A stretch of DNA of 64,000 nucleotides, taken from contig JAIUMY010000004.1 of the NCBI GenBank assembly GCA_022565335.1, positions 809 through 64,808 on the forward strand, written 5' to 3'. The position numbers and the translations under genes are program-made. Below the pieces are notes generated by a model. It saw only the letters and a list, made by a program, of their open reading frames with translations. It had not been told where the DNA came from and searched no databases. This DNA is from Opitutales bacterium (GTDB taxonomy: Bacteria; Verrucomicrobiota; Verrucomicrobiia; Opitutales; T3Sed10-336). Positions 21,239-30,900 of this stretch are shown here, piece after piece; the first letter of the stretch is position 1, and each line of letters begins with the position of its first letter.

Positions 21239-22684
21239 ATGGAATACGAAGGCGTCATCGGACTGGAAGTCCACGTTCAGATCAAAACCGAATCGAAAAT
21301 GTTCACCCGCGCTCCGGCCGGCTACGGGGCACCCCCGAACACCCTGACCGATCCCGTGGTGATGGGTTTGCCGGGCGTGCTCCCGGTAATGAACAAAAAG
21401 GCGATCGATAAAATCATCAAAGCCGGCCTTTTGCTGAAATGCCAAATCGCTGAAGTTTGCAAATGGGACCGCAAAAACTATTTCTATCCGGACAGTCCCA
21501 AGAATTACCAGATCTCCCAATACGACCAACCCATCTGTGAAGGCGGCGAAGTCGAGATCGAACTTTCCGGCCCCAGCCGCAATGTAATGGGAGAACACCG
21601 GATGGTTGCCCTCACCCGTATTCACTTGGAAGAGGACGTGGGCAAACTCAACCATTTTGACAGTGACAGTTTGGTCGACCTGAACCGGGCCGGAACCCCT
21701 TTGATGGAGATCGTTTCCGAACCGGTTATGCACTCCGGCGACGAGGCCTTTGCTTATCTGACGGCCCTCAAACAAGCGATGATTTACGCAGGCATCTCCG
21801 ACTGCGACATGGAGAAAGGGCAGTTGCGCTGCGATGCCAACATTTCGGTTCGCCCCAAAGGCTCCGAAACCCTGGGCACCAAGGTGGAACTAAAAAACCT
21901 CAACAGCATAACCGGGGTAAAAAATGGCATCGATTACGAGATCAAACGGCAAATCAAAGCCATCCAAACCAACGAACCAATCGTTCAGGAAACCCGCCGC
22001 TGGAACGCCGAAGGCGGATTCACCAGTTCCATGCGCTCCAAGGAAATGGCCCACGACTACCGGTATTTTCCCGATCCTGACCTGATGCCGGTGCGCGTAG
22101 ATGAAGCCTGGCTGGAGTCTCTCCGGGAAGAACTCCCTGAATTGCCTTTTGAAAAACAACGCCGATATCAAGAGGAAATGGGACTTCCCTACACCATCAC
22201 CTCCGTGCTCGTTCCGGACCGGAACCTCTGTGCCTATTTTGAGGAAGCCATTGCCGATGATTTAAAACCGCAGGCGGTGGCCAACTGGATCGCCAATGAC
22301 CTGCTTCGCGAGCTGAGCAATGCAGGCCGGGACATCACCGACTGCCCGATCAAACCCACCTCCATTGCCGAATTGATTCGGCTGGTCGATAAAGGAGTGA
22401 TTTCCAGCAAAATCGCCAAGGAGGTTTTCCTGGAGATGTTTGCCTCCGGCGAATCCGCCGACCAAATCGTCGAAAAGAAAGGCCTCAAACAATCGTCCGA
22501 CACCGGTGAGTTGACTGGCATCTGCAAAGAAGTCATCGGCGCCAACCCGAAATCCGTCGAGGATTTTCAAAACGGCAAGGAAAACGCCATCAATTTTCTC
22601 AAGGGGCAGGTTATGAAAGCCACTCGGGGCAAAGCCAACCCGAAGGTCGTGGATGACCTTCTGCGGCAAATCCTAACCTCTTGA
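21239..22684 (+). CDS. gatB: Asp/Glu-tRNA(Asn/Gln) amidotransferase subunit B
   Basis: MEYEGVIGLEVHVQIKTESKMF...NRAGTPLMEIVSEP and a C-terminal GatB/YqeY domain. Confidence 0.95.
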   Translation: MEYEGVIGLEVHVQIKTESKMFTRAPAGYGAPPNTLTDPVVMGLPGVLPVMNKKAIDKIIKAGLLLKCQIAEVCKWDRKNYFYPDSPKNYQISQYDQPICEGGEVEIELSGPSRNVMGEHRMVALTRIHLEEDVGKLNHFDSDSLVDLNRAGTPLMEIVSEPVMHSGDEAFAYLTALKQAMIYAGISDCDMEKGQLRCDANISVRPKGSETLGTKVELKNLNSITGVKNGIDYEIKRQIKAIQTNEPIVQETRRWNAEGGFTSSMRSKEMAHDYRYFPDPDLMPVRVDEAWLESLREELPELPFEKQRRYQEEMGLPYTITSVLVPDRNLCAYFEEAIADDLKPQAVANWIANDLLRELSNAGRDITDCPIKPTSIAELIRLVDKGVISSKIAKEVFLEMFASGESADQIVEKKGLKQSSDTGELTGICKEVIGANPKSVEDFQNGKENAINFLKGQVMKATRGKANPKVVDDLLRQILTS

Positions 22685-22695
22685 AGGATCTTTAT

Positions 22696-23619
22696 ATGGG
22701 CGTGAAAACCCTCACTGTTCGCCACCTTACGGAGTATCTTTACAATACTCCTATTCAACCGGGAGAGCATCGTCTGATGCTTCGTCCCCGGGACAGTCAC
22801 GATTTGCGGATTCTCGATACCGCTCTGAGCATCTCCCCTACCGCGGATACCCACTATTATCACGACCCGCTGAACAACTCCATCGCGCTGGCAAGGTTTG
22901 CCAATGTGGCCACCGAAAAAATCAGCATCCACAGCGCCTTCCGACTGGAACATTACGGTACCGAACCGCTCCGCTACGACCTCGCGACCTACGCCCAGAC
23001 CTATCCGTTTGTTTACAACAGCAACGAATTTCCTGATCTGATGCGGAGCATTGAGCGGCGCTATCCCGATCCCAACGGAGACATTTACCAATGGGCCCGG
23101 CAATTTATACCCACCTACGGTTCCACCGATACCTACCAACTTCTCCGCGATCTGAATCAGGGGATAAAGGATCAATTCAGTTATTCCGAACGCCACGAGG
23201 AAGGCACCCAGGCACCCCTCGAAACCTTGCAAAAAGGCAGCGGCACCTGCCGGGATTTCGCCCTGTTTCTCATGGAAGCCGCCCGCAGTCTCGGTCTGGC
23301 GGCAAGGTTCGCCACCGGATACCTTTACGACCCCGCCCTTGATGGCGAGGATGAATCCACTATCACCGGTTCGGGAAGCACTCATGCCTGGGCCCAAGTC
23401 TACCTTCCGGGAGCCGGCTGGGTCGAATGTGACCCCACCAACGCCATCATTGGCGGAGACCATTTGATTCGCGTTGCCGTCGTTCGCGACCCCTCTCAGG
23501 CGGTTCCCGTCACGGGCTCCTATGAAGGGCCTCCCGATGCCTTTCGCGATCTCAAGGTTGAAGTGCAGGTGACCAAAAACGAACCTCTCGAAACCCCCTT
23601 GCTCCCGACTATGGGGTAA
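22696..23619 (+). CDS. Transglutaminase-like family protein (Bact_transglu_N + Cys-protease core)
   Basis: Core motifs GSGTCRDFALFLMEAARSLGLAARFATGY and HAWAQVYLPGAGWVECDPTN. ATG 22696 is preferred over TTG 22681. Confidence 0.85.
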   Translation: MGVKTLTVRHLTEYLYNTPIQPGEHRLMLRPRDSHDLRILDTALSISPTADTHYYHDPLNNSIALARFANVATEKISIHSAFRLEHYGTEPLRYDLATYAQTYPFVYNSNEFPDLMRSIERRYPDPNGDIYQWARQFIPTYGSTDTYQLLRDLNQGIKDQFSYSERHEEGTQAPLETLQKGSGTCRDFALFLMEAARSLGLAARFATGYLYDPALDGEDESTITGSGSTHAWAQVYLPGAGWVECDPTNAIIGGDHLIRVAVVRDPSQAVPVTGSYEGPPDAFRDLKVEVQVTKNEPLETPLLPTMG

Positions 23620-23680
23620 AACCCTCCCCAAGTCCGGCAAACAAATTTGCCTGATCGGCAATAACGCATAGAGTCCAAGG

Positions 23681-24502
23681 GTGCAGGATCATCATTCACC
23701 AAACAAGAAATCACCCTCGGAGGTTTGGAACCATTTCATTCGGCACCGGAACGTTTTTTCGGTGGAGGCAAATTTGGAAACCCTCTTTTCCGCTCTGCAT
23801 TCGCATCGCAGGCGATACCAATGGGATCCCTCCCCCGAAGCCAACGAGCTCTTTCAGCGTTTTCTGGCGATCTTCACCCTCCATGCCGCCGCCCGCCCCA
23901 AGCGGCAGGTACTGGCCTGGACCATTCATCTGCAAAACCCTTTGCTCAACCTATTTCTGGCGGCCGACACCGATGAGGACTCCGTAACCGGAAGATTTTT
24001 TCGGGAAAATGTAAAAGCCATTCCGGAAAACCGTTTTTACCAGGAAGTCTCCATCCGGGGAGGCGAGGTCGCCCGCAGCATTTGCTCTTTCCACGGGTCC
24101 GATCCCATCGTTGCGGCGGAAAATTACTACGCCCAAAGCGAACAACGCCCGGCCCGCTTTTTTCAGACTGGCGAAAACAGCTTCCGTCTACTTCTGGCTC
24201 ATCCGGATTGCGATGTCCGTTGGCTTCGAAGCCTCCAACAGAAGGACCTTCCCCATCTCGACGAGGAGGAAACGGTTGTTTTCATGGAAAGACGCCCCGC
24301 CTTCTGGCATTGTGGATGTGCCGAGAAGAATCTCACCAAAATCCTCGCCCCCGCCTTTGCCGAGGACCCCGAGGCTCTGTTTGCCGAAGAGGAAACTCTC
24401 GAAATGGTCTGCCCCCGCTGCGCCGCCCGCCACACCATTCGGCGCGAAGCCGTCGAAGCGGCGGTCTCCGAGGGGCATGAAAAGGGATCGGGGAACGACT
24501 AA
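23681..24502 (+). CDS. hslO: Hsp33-family redox-regulated chaperone
   Basis: YYAQSEQRPARFF matches the Hsp33 YF.RSEQLPTRLF motif. The C-terminal zinc switch is CGC(x31)CPRC. It has a GTG start. Confidence 0.65.
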   Translation: MQDHHSPNKKSPSEVWNHFIRHRNVFSVEANLETLFSALHSHRRRYQWDPSPEANELFQRFLAIFTLHAAARPKRQVLAWTIHLQNPLLNLFLAADTDEDSVTGRFFRENVKAIPENRFYQEVSIRGGEVARSICSFHGSDPIVAAENYYAQSEQRPARFFQTGENSFRLLLAHPDCDVRWLRSLQQKDLPHLDEEETVVFMERRPAFWHCGCAEKNLTKILAPAFAEDPEALFAEEETLEMVCPRCAARHTIRREAVEAAVSEGHEKGSGND

Positions 24503-24675
24503 AAGGCCCCTGATCAATGGTTATTTGTGCCGAAGCGATTTTTTCTATCCGTCCACGCTCCTACTCTAACATCCTCATAGATAACCCGCATCCCATTAAA
24601 GAACTTCACCTTCGTGTCTCAGGCCTTCATTTACTCCGCCGTTCGAAAGACGCAGCGGCACCCATGGCCGGCCAC

Positions 24676-24892
24676 CTACACCATCTCTTTTCCGGTTAGC
24701 GATTTCCCCCGTAACCCGGGATAAAGGATTGCCACCCCATCTGATTTTACCTTTCTCATCTTACGAATCGCAAAATACCCCATCCGGACGAGCTTCAAAA
24801 GCCAAACGATCCCCTTTGCTCAAAGTCGGCGAGCGCCGCACTTTCGAAGGAACGGTGATTTGATGCTTGCTGGCAACCGTAACACATTCCAT
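24676..24892 (-). pseudogene. Frameshifted AbrB/MazE/SpoVT-type antitoxin-like gene (intact part 24761-24892, 43 aa)
   Basis: Own translation: MECVTVASKHQITVPSKVRRSPTLSKGDRLAFEARPDG.., which is the SpoVT-AbrB motif (SKGQITIP..R..L.L..GD.L). After a GGGG run (24779-24782) a 1-nt shift continues as YFAIRKMRKVKSDGVAILYPGLRGKSLTGKEMV*, giving a typical ~75-aa antitoxin length. No toxin ORF lies downstream. Confidence 0.35.
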
Positions 24893-24966
24893 CCCTTACA
24901 TTTATAGATTATGAAAGGCAATTCAATTCATGAATGTATCCTATTACCCTACCCCACATGCCTTTT

Positions 24967-27900
24967 TCATTTCTCATCATCCCAAACGATGCGCAGGCGG
25001 AAGAAGGCCCGGGGGTCGGTAATTTCCATAATCACCTCCGTCGGTCCCATCCCCGCCTCGCTCCAGACCGGCGCGGTGCCCCAGTCATCCAAATCCGGAC
25101 TCTGCCAGATTTCGTAGGTGATCGCCGGATCGTCGATCCGGGGGAAGGTCAGGTGCAAGTCTGTCGTGACCGCTGCCAACTGAAGCTGTAACTCGCTAAC
25201 GGGGGTGTTGGCCGTTCCTCCCAGGGCATACCGCAGGAGATTCGGCACCCCACCATGGAGATGTCCTTTGGTCCGCTGGCCGATCGGCAGTTCTTCAACC
25301 GCCCAGGCATCGTACCCACTGGCCGCTTCCGGAATCGCATGGATTTCAATGAAATTGATCTTGTTGTTGGTGGTGACCCCATCGGTGTTGGTGACATCGA
25401 TAAATCCATCGCTGACTTCAACCGTGGCTTGTCCTTCTAACCAACGATTTCCTTCATTCGCCGACCCTTCAACCACTATGGTATCCTCGACGCTGATACT
25501 GTATGTGCCATTAAAATACTCGGCATCCCCGGCGACTATCCGAACCTGATAGGCTCCGTTGGGCACGGCAACCTTCCATGTGAAGTCACTGTTATTCAAT
25601 TGCATATGCAACAGAGTGTCGTGCAGAAAATCGGGCGAGGCACTCTCGTTACGCTCCCGTGCGGTCCCGGTATTGTCGCCGGACCATCCATAAAAGGCCC
25701 CGTTCCCACGGTCGCCGTAGGCTTCCCCGATGTCCTTCAGCCATCCGTCGGGCGCGTCGTTATCGGTCTGGAAATTGATCCGGGCGAAGAGCTGTGGCCC
25801 CGGCGGGGGCACGGTGGCCTCCAGCCACACCGCAACACTGTCTTCATGGCCTTCGGAATTGCTCACCCGCACATGATAAAGCCCCTCGTTCTCAAACTCT
25901 ACATTGGCAATCTCCAAACCGGGGCTTTCCGCACCGGGAATGGCTTCGTCATTGAAATACCATTGATACGCGGGCGCGGGCAACCCGCTGGCCACCACCG
26001 TGAAGAGCGCCGTATCCCCCAGCTCCACCGTCTGGGCCTGCGGCGCCTGGCTGATCACCGGGGCAAACGGGTCGCTGCTTTGCACGGTAATCGTGACATC
26101 GTCAAAGGTTACCGCCTCGCCGTTGGATACGAGATAGCGTAGCACGTATTCACCGGGCAGTTCGAAGCTGACGGTCGCGTCGGGTTCCGTCGGCGGCGCG
26201 GGATTGGCATAGACCGTCCCCGGGCCGGAGAACCGTTCCCATTGGGTCTCCAGCGGCCCTGCGGGCAAATATTCTCCACTGAAACTAGCCGCCAAGGTAT
26301 GGGCATCCGCCAAATCCACCGTGGCGTCCGGCCCGGCCTCCACGAACGGGGCGAGGTTGACGGTGGCGGGGATGGCCACATCGGTCCAGGTGGCGGTGCT
26401 GAGCGTTGTCCCATCATTCTCGTTGGTGACAACAATCCCCACCAACACGGTTTCGTTCATCGAAATGGACGCGGAGACACGTTCGCTCCAACTATTTCCG
26501 TCCGTGGAATGAAACGCGCGGAAGGTGTTTCCAACACGCGTGATTCTCACCCATCCATGGGTGCTGGTTCCGGAGAGATTTTCCCCTCCGGTCTGATTCA
26601 CCCCCTCCGAGAGTCGTCTCAGAACTTTTCCCCAGCGATCCCCTCTCTCCCAGTCCGCCCCAGCGGTAAAATGACGGGAATCGGGCGAAAGGGTATTGCG
26701 CACATGCAAGCCTGTGAAACTCCAGTTCGGTCCGGAAAAATCAAGGGTACGACCACTCACATCAAAATCTCCGGTCATCTCGGTGTAGGCGAAACGGAGT
26801 GAGTCCAGCGTCGAAGTGGTGTGATCCCCCTCATAGCCAAATCCATCACCCGCCCCGGAAAAGGTCCAGTTTCCTCCGTCAATGCTCAGCGAACCATCCC
26901 GTGTGGTGGTGATGTTGGCCTGGCTGACCCCTTCCGGATTCACCCGCACCGTCACTTCGGCGCTGTCGGTGTATTCTCCGTCATCGACGGTCACCCGCAG
27001 TAGGTAGTCGCCTTCGGCGTCAAAACGGGCCCCGGTTTGCAGGGCCGAGGCATCGTCAAAGGTGACGGTGCCCGGACCGCTGATCCGTTCCCAGGTTGTG
27101 GTGAGCGGGTCGTTGTCCAGATCCTCGGCCGCGGCCTCCAACAACAGGCCGACGCCATCGGGAAGATTCACCGTGGAAACGGTGGGGCTGACAATCTCCA
27201 CGGTGGGCGGATGGTTCAGCTCGGCGTCGATCTCCCGCGCGGTTATTTCCCACCAGGTGCCATTGTCCAGGGTCAGGCGCAGGGTGGCCTCGCCGTCAAT
27301 GGCATCTTCGTCCGGCGCCGCGTAGAGGGTCACCGCCTGCCATTGATCCCAATTCGCCGGCGTAAAATCAAGCTCACCGCCCGAAAGCACTTCCAGACTC
27401 TCGCCCCCGTCCACGGGATCACGCAGCGTGCTTTGCAGGGTGATGTTTTCATAGGGTTGTTCACGCAGTCGCACCTGCACATTTGCCGTGCTGCCTTCCG
27501 GCACCAGCACCAGCGGGGTCGAGGTTTCCACTTTTACCCCGTTGAAAGGTTCCAAAAAGCCCACCGGAACCGGCCGCTCCAACTGTCCGCCCGGCAGTTC
27601 CACCCCGACCTGAATATGGCGGGTGCCGGAAGTGGCGGCTTTGTGCAGGGCCTCCAGATAATACCGCTGCCCCGCGACCAGGGGAATCGCCGCCGAGCGC
27701 TGGGAGGCATGCCCCCAACTATCCGGATTATCCTCCCGGCTGGGATTGAGAATGCGCACCCGGTTTTCGGGCTGATCGTCGGTGCTCAACCAAACTTCCC
27801 CGCGCCGCCGGGCGGAGACATAAAAATGATAATCCCCGGTTTTCGGAGCCACAAAATAAGCCCGCAGGCGGGTGCCGTAATTGTTGGTATTTTCCGCATA

Positions 27901-30900
27901 CTCCATCACTCCGGTCTCAATGAAAGCAAAGCTGTCGGGCGCATCGGGAAAGGCCTCATCATTCACCAAATTCGAAACGCTGTTGCCACTGACATCATAA
28001 AAAATTTCCCGTAAAAACCCACCCTCACCGTCGTTCGGAATGGGCGTAACCGTAAAATTCCGGGTCCCGGACGCGGTAAATCCCTGGTTGTCATCCTCCG
28101 CTTCGACCTGCCATTCGGAGGTCCCATACTGTGCCGTCCAATCAAATTGAAAGGTATCGCCATGAGTGGGGGCCGTCAGGGTCTGGACCACCGATCCGTC
28201 CACTAAAAACCGCACCTCGGTGATGTCCGCAGTGTTACTGATCACCTCTGCGGACAGGGTCACCGTGTCGCCGGATTCAAAGGTCGCCCCGTCAGCCGGA
28301 GTGTTGAGGATGATCGCGGGATTCACATTGTCATCATCCAGAATCGTTACCGTCACCGCCGCCGGACTGCCGAGGACATCCCCGCCCTGCGGATGGGTGG
28401 CAGAGGTCAGCTGTACCTGAAAGTTTTCCGTAGGCTCGGGCTCCTCATCGTCGATGATCTGAATGGTAATGGTCTTCGGGTCCGTGTCATTATGCGCCCA
28501 AACGAGGGTGCCGGAGGCGGCAACAAAATCCTCCCCGCCCACGGCACTGCCGTCCACCGTGGTCCATTCCGCGGTGAGTTCGCCGGACTGGCCGCCCACC
28601 CGGCTGACCGTCAGATCAAAGGTTCCGACAGCCTCCCCAACCGTGATGGCCGACTGCGTGAACTGCACCGTTCCGTAGGCGTCATTGTCGAGCACATACA
28701 CCGCAAAAGGCGCCCCGGCGCGCCCCTCGTACGCGGGGTCGTCACTGGTTGCCGTCGCCCCGATGGTGACGAACTCATCGCCGTCCACGACTTCGTTGTC
28801 CACGGCGGAAAGCTGCACGCTTTGCGACTGATCCCAGTTTGCGGGCGTGAAAGTGAGCTGCGCGGGGAGGGCGGCAACCCGGTCGCCGGCGTCAATGGTG
28901 ACGGTGACATTTTGCGAAGGCGCGGTGGTCAGCACCACACTGTAGCTCAAACTTCCCCCGTCCTCCGAAAGCTCCCGACGGGGTTGGGGCTGCGGTTCCC
29001 CAAAAACCGGTGGAGGGGCCGACGGCAGCGGCGGCGGGGTCACCCACACCGCCGGTTGGGCGCTGCCGCCAACCACGACCGAAACCGAGGCCTGTCCGAC
29101 GAGCCCGTCGTTGTCGGTCACTTCCAAAAGAACCTCATAAACACCAGGCATGGCGTAGTCATGGCTGGTCTGCACCCCGCTGCCCGTAAAGCCGTCGCCG
29201 AAATCCCAGTGATAGCTTTCGATGGTGCCATCGCTGTCAAAGGAATCCGACGCATCGAACTGCACCGTCAAAGGAGCCTCCCCACTTTGCGGCGAGAGGG
29301 TGAAGCTGGCCTCGGGCGGACGCTTCAGGTCGTCCACCCGGTTGATCTCCAGATACAAAAGGGAAGCCGTGTTGCGGTGGGAGCTGATGACAATCTCGCC
29401 CCCGCTCACCGGCAGCGTCAACGAATCGGTGAAGGATTCCTGAATCCCCAGATTGCGGTCGAGAAGGGTTTCGCCGTTGAAACGCAGGAGGGCGTTGCTG
29501 TTTTCCTCGCTGGCGCCCGTATGCGCGGTGACGGTATAGCGGCCATTGGGGACCGCCATTCGCCATGTGGCTCCGTTGCCCGCCCGGATGCGGGTCACCC
29601 GCTGCTCCGAGCCATAGGTGATCAGCCAATTATCATCACGGGTCTGGCCGGTCAGGTCACTGTCCCAGCCGTATTGCAAATCATTGCCCCGGTCCCCAAA
29701 GGGCTGACCGCGGTCAGGAACGAAGCCCGCCGGGGTGTTGGCGGACATCGGTTGGAAATTGACCGCCACGCGGAACGCCTCGGTGCCGGGAAGCTCCAGC
29801 ACGCGGGAGGCGGTGGCGCTATGGGATCCGTCACTCACGGTGACCTCGATTTCCTTAGTTCCGGGACGGAAATAGTTGCGGAAAACTTCGGGGCCGGTAT
29901 TACTGCGGTCACTGTCGTTAAAATTCCATTGATAGGAAAATTCCGCGGATTCGTCGGCTTCATAAATCCGAATATTGCGAAACGCGACATCGAGATCACG
30001 GAAATAGGTGTTGAAATTCGGGTCCACCGCATCGGCGACAAAGACCAAATGCTGCATTTCTCCGGTGTAGTGTTCTCCCACGGGGATACGATAGCGAACC
30101 CAGGGGCGGCGGCCGGAATGGCTGGAATTGCTGTAGGGGTATTTCCCCAGATAGGTGTCAATGCCCCAATTGCGTTCCCCCAGAAGGCGGAAGACGCGGT
30201 TGGCGTTGACGCTGTCGCTTTCCGCCAGACCCAGCCCATAGACAAACCGGTCAATCGAACCCGGATCATTAAAGGCCCGTAATTCAAATTCCAATACGGT
30301 ATCAGGAGTCACCGTATAGGTGAATGGATGTTTGCGGAGATTTTTGGTTACCAGGCGCAGCTCGCGCCCCTCATTGCCGATATTGTAGCTGCCGTCGCGA
30401 CCATCCGGATCGCGGCTGGCCGAACTTCCCCACCAGCTCATCTGACCGGCGGAGAGAAACACCGGGGTGATGTCGAAGCGCTCGGCACTGACCCGGTTGT
30501 AGGAAATCACCGGCGGTTGCAACAACTGCCGGGGGTTGCTCACCAGAGATTCGCTGAACATGGGGAGATCCTCGGACTCCAAACGCAGCCGCAAGCCCTG
30601 CCCGGCCTGAATTTCCCGGAGGGGCGCATAGACGGTGTGGCCGGTTTCACACAGCGCAACCCGCGCCGTCAGCTCATGAAACCCGCCGGGCACATTTTCC
30701 CAAAGGAAGCTGTAAACGCCCCCGTCTTCGGAAAGGGTCGCCAGCACGTCCTCGTCCCGGAGCAATTCGACATCCCCCGAAGGCGTCCCCGTGCCGTCAA
30801 AAACCGCGGTGACCGCCAGATCGTCACCGGGCGCCACGGCAAGATCCGTGGCAGGGTCACTGAACACCAGGCTGGGGGCATCTTCACTGACCGTAAAGGT

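Noticed and set aside
22567-23661. 364-aa minus-strand ORF. Similar long antisense ORFs occur at 48735-49955 (406 aa), 3443-4399 (318 aa), 10953-11807 (284 aa), 265-954 (229 aa) and 18194-18952 (252 aa).
   Set aside because: Each lies opposite a gene with clear family motifs (transglutaminase-like, enolase, sucrose synthase, leuC, PfkB kinase, msrA/panE). None has a recognisable domain.
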